Shown here one piece after another: positions 9,890 to 19,273 of a stretch of DNA of 46,415 bases. Position 1 is the stretch's first letter; the number at the start of each line of letters is the position of its first letter. Source of the DNA: Candidatus Falkowbacteria bacterium (lineage in GTDB: Bacteria > Patescibacteriota > Patescibacteriia > Patescibacteriales > UBA12075); assembly GCA_003514005.1 (NCBI GenBank), contig DOSJ01000005.1, positions 1 through 46,415 of the forward strand, read 5' to 3'. The position numbers were made by a program, and so were the translations under genes. The notes under the pieces were generated by a model. That model was given only the letters and a program-made list of their open reading frames with translations, did no database searches and had not been told where the DNA came from.

Positions 9890-10690
9890 TTACATCAACT
9901 TCTTCTCACCCTTCAACTCTTTAATATGCCTCTCCGGCTCAAGCTTCTCCGGCGTAGTGCCACCGATGTCTTTAATGGTCTGCCTCACCTTGCCACCTAC
10001 CATGAAATGCGCTCTGGTCGCTTGTGTTTCTCCGTGAATATTGTCTTTTTTTATTTTCTCATCTGTCTGAGTAATCCGAAAAAGATTCGCAGCTAGCTCA
10101 GTCGTTCCTGCTCTGTCCAAAAGTTCGCCTTTCTTTATTCCTTTTTTAATTTCAACATCCTTTAGTCGCATACCATACAGACCTAGGTAGCCTGCATCAT
10201 TAAAAGATCCAAATCTTTTTACTCCGGCTTGTTTTGCGGTACTGAATAATTTTTTGTTTTCATCCGTCACTTCACCCCTAATAAACAATCTCTTGTCTGC
10301 TTCTGATAATTGTTCAAATATTTCCTGCTTGCGTGTTTGGATCGCAAAATATGTTTGCGCTAATGCAATTTCTTTTTTCTTTGGGTCGCCATTTTGGGCA
10401 ATTAGATAACAAGCATATCTATCCAATTTCCAGTCCCTTACTTTTCTTACCGAATCTGAGCCAATTTTGACCATTTTACTGATGTCGGTAAAATGGTTGT
10501 ACACATCCTGACCGCTATTAATACAGGCTTTTGCAGCTCTAGTAATTACATCTTCCGCGTTTTGCCATTTACTATAACCCAAAATCGGCATTAATTCTCT
10601 GGCTTCCCAGAATTCCACGCCATTCTCATCAACTTTTTTAATACTCTCAAAATCATTGCTGATTGAAAGTGAAATGTTTTCCTCCTTCAT
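9890..10690 (-). CDS. dinD: DNA damage-inducible protein D (Bro-N)
   Basis: FWEARELM, RYACYLIAQNGDP, YFAIQTRKQE, ELAANLFRITQT. Confidence 0.9.
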   Translation of the reverse strand: MKEENISLSISNDFESIKKVDENGVEFWEARELMPILGYSKWQNAEDVITRAAKACINSGQDVYNHFTDISKMVKIGSDSVRKVRDWKLDRYACYLIAQNGDPKKKEIALAQTYFAIQTRKQEIFEQLSEADKRLFIRGEVTDENKKLFSTAKQAGVKRFGSFNDAGYLGLYGMRLKDVEIKKGIKKGELLDRAGTTELAANLFRITQTDEKIKKDNIHGETQATRAHFMVGGKVRQTIKDIGGTTPEKLEPERHIKELKGEKKLM

Positions 10691-10719
10691 ATTTTTTATA
10701 TTAATAATTATTAATAACT

Positions 10720-10748
10720 ATTATACACGAACAAAAAACGAATGTCAA
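10720..10748 (-). promoter_or_regulatory. Consensus sigma70 promoter for dinD
   Basis: TTGACA-17 bp-TATAAT on the minus strand. Confidence 0.75.
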
Positions 10749-10847
10749 TAAATTTTATATTCTGCACCAAGATACTACTTAAAAACAAAAAACCCTTTAA
10801 CAATTAAGTTAAAAGGTTTTTTGCTATATAAAAAAGAAGGAGGTTGT

Positions 10848-11288
10848 TTAACGTTTTGACCATTGTGGCGCTCTTCTCGCTTTCTTCAAGCCCGGTTTCT
10901 TTCTTTCTTTTACTCTGGCGTCGCGTGTCAGCCAGTCTTTTGGCTTGATTACGGGTTTTAGATTTTCGTCCAGTTCAACAAGTGCGCGCGCGATTCCATG
11001 GCGGATTGCGTCTGCTTGGCCTTTCTTGCCACCACCGGTAACAATAACTGATATGTTAACATCTTTCAAATGACTGGTCAGTTTCAAAGGCTGTTTAATG
11101 ACGGCCGCGACATCAGCGTCAAAATATTTGCCAATTTTCATGTCATTCACTATTATTTCGCCAATGCCTTTTTTAAACATCCGGATACGGGCAACAGATG
11201 ATTTTCTGCGTCCGATTGTGCTGATGTACTTGCCTTTAAAGCTGGCTGTTTCTTCGGTTGTTTCCTCTTTTGGCTTTTTTTCTTGCAT
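10848..11288 (-). CDS. rpsI: 30S ribosomal protein S9
   Basis: GRRKSSVAR; KERKKPGLKKARRAPQWSKR. Confidence 0.97.
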   Translation of the reverse strand: MQEKKPKEETTEETASFKGKYISTIGRRKSSVARIRMFKKGIGEIIVNDMKIGKYFDADVAAVIKQPLKLTSHLKDVNISVIVTGGGKKGQADAIRHGIARALVELDENLKPVIKPKDWLTRDARVKERKKPGLKKARRAPQWSKR

Positions 11289-11300
11289 ATTTTATGATAT

Positions 11301-11648
11301 TTATCTTATAATCAATCTTTTTAACATGTCAGTGCGGAATTTGACCGGCGGTAACATTTCGCGTACTGCTCTTTTCAAGATCTCTCCCGGTTTTTTGTCG
11401 TTGATATCGGACATTTTTCGGGTCTTGAGTCCGCCCGGATAACCGGAATAGCTGTAATAATTTTTTTGTTCCAATTTCTTGCCGGTAAATTTCAATTTGT
11501 CGATATTATAAACCTCGACGATATCGCCGGCATCAATATGCGGTTGGAATTCCGGTTTGTTTTTGCCTCTTAAAAGTATCGCAATATCGCTGGCGATTCT
11601 TCCAGGTGCTTTGTCTGTTGCGTCAATTTTATGTAATTTTCTTTCCAT
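11301..11648 (-). CDS. rplM: 50S ribosomal protein L13 (short form)
   Basis: LRGKNKPEFQPHIDAGD; SGYPGGLK; ATG at 11648. Confidence 0.95.
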   Translation of the reverse strand: MERKLHKIDATDKAPGRIASDIAILLRGKNKPEFQPHIDAGDIVEVYNIDKLKFTGKKLEQKNYYSYSGYPGGLKTRKMSDINDKKPGEILKRAVREMLPPVKFRTDMLKRLIIR

Positions 11649-11666
11649 ATTTTTTATTTCTCGCAA

Positions 11667-11764
11667 CTTGGAACTTAGAACTCATAACTTATTTTAAAAA
11701 ACCTTTAGTTATAAGATACAAGTTCCAAGTTATGAGTTCCAAGTTATGAGGTATGAATTCCAAG
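11667..11764. repeat. Degenerate 7-nt periodic inverted-repeat element between rplQ and rplM
   Basis: cttggaacttagaactcataactt versus aagttccaagttatgagttccaagttatgag. Confidence 0.8.
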
Positions 11765-11768
11765 ATAT

Positions 11769-12119
11769 TTAAACTAATTCGATAATCGCCATTTCCGCTC
11801 CGTCTCCTTGTCTGGCTGGCAATTTAACGATCCTGGTATAACCGCCAACTCTTTCTTTGTAGCGCTTGTTCAAAACTTCCATTGATTTTTTAACAGCCAT
11901 TTTCTGAGGCAAAATTTCAATCAGCTTTCGGCGTGAATTCAAATCGTCTTTCTTTGCAATCGTGATCGCTTTTTCTACCAAAGGCTTCACCGCTTTGGCC
12001 TTGGCCTTGGTGGTGGTAACTTTCTCAAATATCAAAACGCTTGCTGTTAAATTTCTCAACATCATTTCTCTTGGTTCTTTTGTTCGTCCGAGAGTTGTCT
12101 TTTTTACTCTATGTCTCAT
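11769..12119 (-). CDS. rplQ: 50S ribosomal protein L17
   Basis: MRHR...TTTKAKAK...GGYTRIVK...RQGDGAEMA. Confidence 0.97.
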   Translation of the reverse strand: MRHRVKKTTLGRTKEPREMMLRNLTASVLIFEKVTTTKAKAKAVKPLVEKAITIAKKDDLNSRRKLIEILPQKMAVKKSMEVLNKRYKERVGGYTRIVKLPARQGDGAEMAIIELV

Positions 12120-12172
12120 ATTTCTTATTTAAAAATTTCGTTAAATTCGTGTTTATTTCGCCACTTTCTTGT

Positions 12173-12970
12173 CTAACTATTTTTCGGCCGTCCTCTGCGT
12201 TTTTTTTCAACCGCTACTTCTTCTTCGGCAACATCTTCGCTTTCTTTTATTTCTTCTTCCGGATCTGCTTTTTCTTCTTCTTTAAAATCCGGATTAAGCG
12301 CTTTGAATTGGTTGATTAATATTTTTACTGATTCATTAAAAGCGTCTTTCGGTTCGATTGTGCCGTCGGTTTTGATATCCAAAACAATCTTGTCCCAGTT
12401 GGTCATCTTGCCAACGCGGACATTTTCAATCTTGATACCAACGGAAATAACCGGTGTAAAGATAGAATCCATTTCAATATAGTTTACAATATTCTGTTTT
12501 TTCTCACGGCTTTCAATCGTCACATATCCCATGCCCTTTTCCACATAAATCTGAGCTTTTAGCTTTCCGGCCATGTCGGTAATACTGCCCAATTCCAAAT
12601 CCGGATTGGCAATTTCCACCAAAGGATTCTTTTCAATATCGGATGCTTTGATGGTTTTTTTGCCATGAACTTCAAGATTCAAAATAACCGGCTCGTCCGT
12701 AAACATTTTCAAACGTAATTGTTTTACATTCAAAATAAATTCCAAAATATCTTCTTTTAAATGCGGCAATGTCATGAACTCGTGGCTAACGCCTTCGATA
12801 ACAATACCGACCGGAGCGGCTCCGGTAAGGCTCGACAGCAATACTCTTCGCAAAGAGTTGCTTAAAGTAATGCCATAGCCGGGAAAACAAGGCTCAATAA
12901 TAACTTCGCCGCGATTATTAGTCTCGCCGGGATGATATGAAATTTTTTTTGCTAAAGCAATGTTTTCCAT
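12173..12970 (-). CDS. rpoA: RNA polymerase alpha subunit lacking the alpha-CTD, ending in an AT-hook-like tail
   Basis: GYGITLSNSLRRVLLSSL, VSHEF, ENVRVG; position between rpsD and rplQ; only 265 aa. Confidence 0.95.
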   Translation of the reverse strand: MENIALAKKISYHPGETNNRGEVIIEPCFPGYGITLSNSLRRVLLSSLTGAAPVGIVIEGVSHEFMTLPHLKEDILEFILNVKQLRLKMFTDEPVILNLEVHGKKTIKASDIEKNPLVEIANPDLELGSITDMAGKLKAQIYVEKGMGYVTIESREKKQNIVNYIEMDSIFTPVISVGIKIENVRVGKMTNWDKIVLDIKTDGTIEPKDAFNESVKILINQFKALNPDFKEEEKADPEEEIKESEDVAEEEVAVEKKRRGRPKNS

Positions 12971-13026
12971 AGTTATATGGTTAATTCAAATGAAATAAAT
13001 TATTTTCATCTGAATATTTATATTAA

Positions 13027-13659
13027 TTATTTTGAATAATACTCGATAATTTGCTGGATTTGAAAATTCGGATTGATCATGTCCATGCTTGGCTTATGCA
13101 ATACCTTTACGGAGTTTTTATCTTTTTCAAAATTCATCCATCCGGGAATATTCTTTTTCTTGATAATCGCTTCCAATTTTGTTTTGTGCATCTTGCTGTT
13201 TGCTTTGATAGTTTTGACCTTAAGCGTATCGCCAGGGCGCACAACAAAAGAAGGGATTTTTACATTCTTATCATTTATCGTAAAGTGTCCATGACTAACC
13301 AATTGTCTGGCCTCGGAACGTGAGCTTGCGAATCCGGCGCGGTAAACAACGTTATCCAAACGCATTTCCAAGCTTTGTAAAAAATTTTCACCGGCATCAC
13401 CGCTTTTTTTCTGAGCTTTTTCAAAAGTCAAACGGAATTGTTTTTCCATCAGATTATATTGAATCCTTGCCTTTTGCTTTTCCGTCAATTGCAAACCATA
13501 GCTAGTAGAACGCTGTCGGCCTTTCGGTCCATGGAATCCCGGAGGGAAATTTCTTTTTACCATCGCGCATTTCGCGCTATCACAACGTTCACCTTTTAAC
13601 AAAAGCTTTTCGCCCACTCTGCGGCATTTTTTACATTTTGAATTTAAATCTTTAGCCAT
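13027..13659 (-). CDS. rpsD: 30S ribosomal protein S4
   Basis: CKKCRR Zn motif; LEMRLDNVVYRAG; ARQLVSHGH. Confidence 0.97.
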   Translation of the reverse strand: MAKDLNSKCKKCRRVGEKLLLKGERCDSAKCAMVKRNFPPGFHGPKGRQRSTSYGLQLTEKQKARIQYNLMEKQFRLTFEKAQKKSGDAGENFLQSLEMRLDNVVYRAGFASSRSEARQLVSHGHFTINDKNVKIPSFVVRPGDTLKVKTIKANSKMHKTKLEAIIKKKNIPGWMNFEKDKNSVKVLHKPSMDMINPNFQIQQIIEYYSK

Positions 13660-13795
13660 TCGTTATTTCCGATTTGCGATTTTCGATTTACGAATTATCG
13701 CAATCATTTTATCTGTATTTATATTGAATTCTTAATTATTAAATTTAATTTATCCATTCATCATTCGGCAATCGTCATTCGACAATCGAAAATCC

Positions 13796-14410
13796 CTACA
13801 CGCGTCTCGGTTTCCTCGCGCGACAGCCGTTGTGCGGAACCGGGGTAACGTCTTTGATAAGGCTTACCAAAAGTCCGTTGCTGTTCAAAGCGCGAATCGC
13901 TGATTCTCTACCGGTACCAACGCCCTTTACATAAACGCTAACTTCGGACAAACCGAATTCTTCCTTGGCTTTTCCAACCGCCAAACGGGTGATGATAGAT
14001 GCAGCATACGGGGTTGATTTTTTCGGACCTTTGAATCCGGCGATTCCGGCGCTGGCCCAAGAAATAACCGCGCCTTGCAAATCCGTAATCGTTACGATGG
14101 TGTTGTTATAGGTTGCGCTAATATATACTTTTCCAACTGATATTTTTCGATCTGTTTTCTTTTTCTTTTTTCTTAATTTTTTACCTTTCAATTTTTGATC
14201 GCGTTCCGCTTTCTTTTTTTCCATTTTCTTGCGGATATCTTCCGGCAATTCTTCGAGTCCCAATTCAGCCTCGGTCAGTGGCGCGTTTTTAACAACCTCT
14301 TCTTTTTTGGCTTTGGTCTTGGTTTTTTTTCCAGCTGAATCAGCCTGATCTTTTGAATCAGTTTTTAATTCTTCATTTTCCTGGGTTGTTTCCTTTTTAT
14401 CTTCTGGCAT
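13796..14410 (-). CDS. rpsK: 30S ribosomal protein S11 with long charged N-terminal extension
   Basis: [12 protein letters not shown]; [11 protein letters not shown]. Confidence 0.95.
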   Translation of the reverse strand: MPEDKKETTQENEELKTDSKDQADSAGKKTKTKAKKEEVVKNAPLTEAELGLEELPEDIRKKMEKKKAERDQKLKGKKLRKKKKKTDRKISVGKVYISATYNNTIVTITDLQGAVISWASAGIAGFKGPKKSTPYAASIITRLAVGKAKEEFGLSEVSVYVKGVGTGRESAIRALNSNGLLVSLIKDVTPVPHNGCRARKPRRV

Positions 14411-14441
14411 AATTGAATATATAGATTATTAGTGAATGATT

Positions 14442-14837
14442 TTAGGTCTTTTGCGCTGCAGCCTTGCTTCGTCCGGATCCGCTGGTAGAACGCTTGTTTC
14501 CACGCAATGTCCGATTATTGGTCTTGGTTCTTTGTCCGCGGCAAGGAAGTCCTTTTGTATGGCGAGTGCCTCTGTAACAGCCGATTTCTTTCAATCGTTT
14601 GATATTTCCCAGAACTTCTCGGCGTAAATCGCCTTCGACTTTATATTGTTTTTCAATAATTGTTCGCAAAACATTAGCTTCGTCATCAGTCAAATCTTTA
14701 ACGCGCTTATCCGGGCTGATTTTGGCTACTCCAAGAATTTCCTTGGATTTAGTCAAACCAATACCATATATATAAGTCAAAGAAATTTCAACTCTTTTTT
14801 CATTTGGAATTGTTACTCCCGCAATTCTTACTGCCAT
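14442..14837 (-). CDS. rpsM: 30S ribosomal protein S13
   Basis: RIAGV...YIYGIG...RGQRTKTN. Confidence 0.97.
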   Translation of the reverse strand: MAVRIAGVTIPNEKRVEISLTYIYGIGLTKSKEILGVAKISPDKRVKDLTDDEANVLRTIIEKQYKVEGDLRREVLGNIKRLKEIGCYRGTRHTKGLPCRGQRTKTNNRTLRGNKRSTSGSGRSKAAAQKT

Positions 14838-14838
14838 A

Positions 14839-14914
14839 TTTCGAATGTCGAATGTCGAATGTCGAATGTCGATTTAAAAAATTAAATCGAAAATCGAAAA
14901 TCGAAAATCGAAAA
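14839..14914. repeat. Heptamer tandem/inverted repeat between rpmJ and rpsM
   Basis: (tcgaatg)x4 tcgattt, short spacer, then (aaatcga)x4. Confidence 0.9.
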
Positions 14915-14918
14915 TTAT

Positions 14919-15032
14919 TTATCCTTGTCTTTGTTTATGTTTTGGATTTACGCACAATACGGTAACTCGCCCTTTCCGTCGGATGGTTTTGCAGTCTTTG
15001 CATATTTTTTTTACAGATGATCTTACCTTCAT
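14919..15032 (-). CDS. rpmJ: 50S ribosomal protein L36 (absent from the ORF track)
   Basis: Manual translation [37 protein letters not shown]. Confidence 0.97.
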   Translation of the reverse strand: MKVRSSVKKICKDCKTIRRKGRVTVLCVNPKHKQRQG

Positions 15033-15093
15033 ACGTTATTCGCTTAATTTTCCCGCCTTTGTATTACGGGCTATCTTAATAATTTCTTAAAAT

Positions 15094-15336
15094 TTAAAGT
15101 CTATAGGTGATTCTGCCTTTCGTCAAGTCATACGGGCTTAACTGAATCTTTACTTTATCGCCAGGCAAAAGCCGAATTCTGTTCATGCGCATTTTTCCGG
15201 AAAGATGCGCCAAAATCTCATGGCCATTTTCCAGCAATACCTTAAAAGTTGAAGCCGGCATCAATTCTAATACCTCGCCTCTAATTTCCAAAAAATCTTT
15301 TGAATCCGGTGTTGTTTGCTCTTGTTTTTTACTCAT
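15094..15336 (-). CDS. infA: Translation initiation factor IF-1
   Basis: [20 protein letters not shown]...[10 protein letters not shown]. Confidence 0.97.
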   Translation of the reverse strand: MSKKQEQTTPDSKDFLEIRGEVLELMPASTFKVLLENGHEILAHLSGKMRMNRIRLLPGDKVKIQLSPYDLTKGRITYRL

Positions 15337-15651
15337 TATTTATTTTAAAAATATGATGCTAGTATTTGCAATACTAAACGCAAAAAAATTGGCAAAATTG
15401 AAAAATTTTACCAAATTATATTGGTAACATTTTAATAATTTCCTTAATAATCGTAAAATTATTATATATCTAATTATTTTTATTGTCAAGAGGAAATTAG
15501 ATATGTAAATTAATTTCAATTATTCTCAAATATTAGTAAAAATATTTCCCGATGATTACTATAATCTATTTTTATTATTCTGTCAAAAAAAGTGATTTAA
15601 AGAAATAATATCGCAAATTCCCGATTTTAATTCACAGCCCCGGTTTAATAT

Positions 15652-17475
15652 TTAAAAAACTATTGGCTTTCCCTCTTCCAGAATCCGGCTATCTTTTTTT
15701 TCCGGATTATTCAGTGATTTATCTTTATTAAAATTATTATATCCGGTTTTGAACTTTACCGGCGGCCGAGAGATTGCATCGCTTAAGGAAATTTCTGTAA
15801 TATTATCTTTTTCTTGGATTGGAGCCGCTGTTTTGGCTTTTAGTTCAAAATTCCTAAGATTGTCTAGCTCCATCTGCTTGGCGGCCTTACGTGATTCAAG
15901 CTCATTTTTTTTCTCATCTCGGATTATCGCCAAACACTCCTTGCAATAGACCGGCCGAATTCCGTCCGGTTTGAAAGATGTTTTCGTATCCTTGGAACAG
16001 CGACTGCATTTAGTTTCAAAAAAACCGCTATCTTCTTTTGTTTGATTTGAATTTTTGGTTTCCACTCTAGGCGCCTGGGTAATTTTTGCAGGAATACTTT
16101 GTACTGTTTTTACAGAAGTATTAATCGGCTGACTGTTATTGGCACGCGAAGCAATAGCCATTTTCTCGGCAAGCGCTTCTTTTTCTTCGTGCTCATCGTC
16201 TTCGTGCCAGCGCGCGATTTTTTCTTCGACCACATCTCGCGATTTTGCGTATCGCTCCCGGCTAACAGCTATTACCTTATCGGTATTGCCGGTTTTTTCT
16301 TTTTCCGGCAAAGGCGGTAGACCGCGCGCCGAAAATGGTTCGGAAGCGATGCCATCAATCATTAATTTCAAATACATCTCGTATTTTGGCAGATTAACAA
16401 TATCTTCTTCGGTAAAGATCGGGGTAAACTCAGGAACCAGCCATTCGGCATCGGCCGCGCCCACGCGAAAGACCAAAAGCGTGCCGACGTTGCCAAAAAT
16501 CGCATTTCGAACCTTTTCTTCGACTTGCTCAACGTATTGGTGCGCCAGAACCAAGTTCAGATGATACTTTCTGGCTTCGGATAAAATATTAGCAAAACTA
16601 TCGGTTGCAAAATTTTGAAATTCATCGACATACAAATAAAAATCACGCCTTTCGTTTTCCGCGATATTAACCCGACTCATAGCCGCGAGCTGGATTTTTG
16701 TAATCAGCATCGCCCCGAGCAGTTTGGAATTATCTTCACCGATGCGCCCTTTGCTCAAATTCATTATGACTATTTTCCCATCATCCATCATCTTGCGCAT
16801 ATCGATTGTCGACTTGACTTGCCCGACAATATTTCTAATTAGCGAGCTGGATAAAAACTGTCCAACCTTGTTCTGGATCGGCGAAACCGCCTCAGCCGCG
16901 AACTTGTCATTATAGCCGGCGAACTCATTAACCCAAAAAGCTTTTACCACCGGATCCTGAATCTTGTCGATTACTTTCTTGCGGAATTTCTTGTCAGACA
17001 ACATGCGGATTACCGCAAGCAAAGTCGAACCTGGATAATCCAGAATTGCCAAAATTGAATTTCTCAAAATATATTCCAAACGCGGCCCCCAGGAATCCGC
17101 CCAAAGTTTTTGAAACACACCCAAAAGCCCGGAAGCAACCAAATGCCGCAGATGCGGCTCGACATGTTCGACTACGTTAAAGGCGATCGGATGGTCAATA
17201 TCGGCCGGATTGATATAGACAACATCATTGACGCGGTTAGACGGGATAAACTCAATCACCTTTTCCGCCAAATCGCCGTGCGGGTCAACAACAGCCACTC
17301 CTCTGCCGGCGCGAATGTCGCCGATAATCATGTTTTCCAGCAAAGTGGATTTACCCATACCGGTTTTACCGATTGCGTACATGTGCCGTCGCCGATCATC
17401 CGTCTTGATCCCAAACTTGATATTCTTATTACGAAAAGTCGTTTCCGCAAAAATTGTTATTTCATCGTTGAACAT
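15652..17475 (-). CDS. VirB4/TraG-VirD4-like ATPase with C-terminal CxxC-x17-CxxC domain
   Basis: GKTGMGKS Walker A, DPHGD, YVDEFQNF Walker B, SEARKY; CSRC...YCKEC. Confidence 0.85.
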   Translation of the reverse strand: MFNDEITIFAETTFRNKNIKFGIKTDDRRRHMYAIGKTGMGKSTLLENMIIGDIRAGRGVAVVDPHGDLAEKVIEFIPSNRVNDVVYINPADIDHPIAFNVVEHVEPHLRHLVASGLLGVFQKLWADSWGPRLEYILRNSILAILDYPGSTLLAVIRMLSDKKFRKKVIDKIQDPVVKAFWVNEFAGYNDKFAAEAVSPIQNKVGQFLSSSLIRNIVGQVKSTIDMRKMMDDGKIVIMNLSKGRIGEDNSKLLGAMLITKIQLAAMSRVNIAENERRDFYLYVDEFQNFATDSFANILSEARKYHLNLVLAHQYVEQVEEKVRNAIFGNVGTLLVFRVGAADAEWLVPEFTPIFTEEDIVNLPKYEMYLKLMIDGIASEPFSARGLPPLPEKEKTGNTDKVIAVSRERYAKSRDVVEEKIARWHEDDEHEEKEALAEKMAIASRANNSQPINTSVKTVQSIPAKITQAPRVETKNSNQTKEDSGFFETKCSRCSKDTKTSFKPDGIRPVYCKECLAIIRDEKKNELESRKAAKQMELDNLRNFELKAKTAAPIQEKDNITEISLSDAISRPPVKFKTGYNNFNKDKSLNNPEKKDSRILEEGKPIVF

Positions 17476-17639
17476 AAATTACTATTTTTTAAGATTTCAA
17501 ATTTCTACAAATTACACAAATACTAGAAAAATTTGGTTTGTTTATAAACAAAAGTTTTTCAGTTAATACATCTATAATTTTTAATATTTGTGCAATTTGT
17601 AGCAATTTGTAATTTGTATTCTTAACAAGAATTTGTTTC

Positions 17640-19211
17640 TTATATAAAAGGCAAATTAGCAGGCGGTGTTCCTTTCTTTTCTGGTTGAGCGGTTATTATT
17701 TTTTTAACGGTGCGACCGGTGTTTTCTTTATTATCTTCTTCAATGGAAAAAATATCATCAATTTCATTATGCTGTGTTTTTACAGTAACGCCGGGTTCTT
17801 CTTTTTTTGCACCTTCGCCAAATGTGTCATTGCTATCGCTAAAAATATCATCAGCGTCTTCGGGAAAAATAGTCGAATCATCAACGGCAATCTCGCCCAA
17901 TGGCAAGCCCATCGGCGGCTCGGCTTTGCGTCCCGGCGCTTTTTGGATAAGCGGCGCTTTGACTACGCTCTCAATCGGGAAATGCCATATTGTCGCCAAT
18001 TCTTCAACGCTCATTATGCTTGGGTTGCGACCGGCACCCATATCTCTGGCTTTATAATTTTTTACGATTTTTCTTTTTCGCTCATTAAGGCGCGATTCCT
18101 TAAAGAAGTATGACGTGGAAGTTTGTGTAACTTTTGTATCCGGTTTAAACGCATTCAGATCCAAATCAGTAAACAATTTCATGTAACCAACAAAACCATT
18201 AACGACTTTCGGGTTGTTTTTCACTTCTTTTTTGGCAAGATATACCATCCTATTTTTTGCCATAAAACAAGTTAGCGAAGCCTTTTTCTGAATAGCCTCG
18301 ATTCTTTTTTTCTCACGAGGCTTTAGATTCATCATCTTGAGCGAATCATCCTTGGCTTCTGCCTGCTCAAAACTGCCCATACTCCAACTAAACATCTGAT
18401 TTGTCAGTTCGTCTATCCAGCTTTTTATTTCGGAAAATAATTTACCGATTGCCCCCTGTTTTGCCGCTACCTTTTCTTTTAAAATTTTCTTTACTTCCTC
18501 CCCTAAATCATCCATATATTCATAGGCTATCGGTCCTACCAAAATTTGATACCATAATTGCTCTCCGGGAGTCAGGGTCGCGCACAAATCCATAAGGACA
18601 GCCATCGGGTCTTTGAATAAATGTTCCGGCTTGCTAGCTGCCTTGTCTTCAAATTCTGAATAAGTTTTTATCGGATAAGAAGCTTTTGCGGTGTAGATAA
18701 ACTCCGCTCCCCAAACATCATATTCGTCATTCGGATATTTAGATGGAGCAACAGAAGTGTAATCATTAATTTCGGTTATTTCCGCGTCAGGATATTGAGA
18801 GTAAACAGCCGTTTCCACTAAATTGCGAAATCCCTCCGGAGTTCTGATCAAAAACTGCGTATAGCCGTCAATGCTGACGATTTCAAAACTGAATCCAAGC
18901 TGGAATTTTCCTTCCCAGTATTTTTCAATCAAATTTATACTGCCATGCGCTCCGGCAAAATAAGTAAAAAGATTTTCAATCGCCTTGATTGAAGTTTCAT
19001 TACCGCGAGGAATATCAATCGCCAGCAAAATAAATTTTTGCTTAGCCGCCCATTGATTTTCGATATAATCTTTCCAAAGCGCAAAGGCGCCGTAGATAAA
19101 TATAATCGCAATCGGTATCCAGCCGAAATATATCAAAAATCGGTATATCTGCTCGTCTGCTGGCAATGCCAAAAAAGCGTTTATATGTGTAAGATTTATG
19201 GTTATATTCAC
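17640..19211 (-). CDS. Membrane-anchored partner protein of the VirB4-like ATPase
   Basis: N-terminal TM; FSFEIVS, YSQYPDAEI, ELATIWHFP motifs; acidic tail. Confidence 0.7.
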   Translation of the reverse strand: MNITINLTHINAFLALPADEQIYRFLIYFGWIPIAIIFIYGAFALWKDYIENQWAAKQKFILLAIDIPRGNETSIKAIENLFTYFAGAHGSINLIEKYWEGKFQLGFSFEIVSIDGYTQFLIRTPEGFRNLVETAVYSQYPDAEITEINDYTSVAPSKYPNDEYDVWGAEFIYTAKASYPIKTYSEFEDKAASKPEHLFKDPMAVLMDLCATLTPGEQLWYQILVGPIAYEYMDDLGEEVKKILKEKVAAKQGAIGKLFSEIKSWIDELTNQMFSWSMGSFEQAEAKDDSLKMMNLKPREKKRIEAIQKKASLTCFMAKNRMVYLAKKEVKNNPKVVNGFVGYMKLFTDLDLNAFKPDTKVTQTSTSYFFKESRLNERKRKIVKNYKARDMGAGRNPSIMSVEELATIWHFPIESVVKAPLIQKAPGRKAEPPMGLPLGEIAVDDSTIFPEDADDIFSDSNDTFGEGAKKEEPGVTVKTQHNEIDDIFSIEEDNKENTGRTVKKIITAQPEKKGTPPANLPFI

Positions 19212-19273
19212 TTTATTTCTAAATAAAAATTAGGGAGCCACGGCTCCCTAATATTATACCACATATTGTCCGC

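Noticed and set aside
14839-14914. CRISPR array
   Set aside because: Units are 7 nt with no unique spacers, and there are no cas genes
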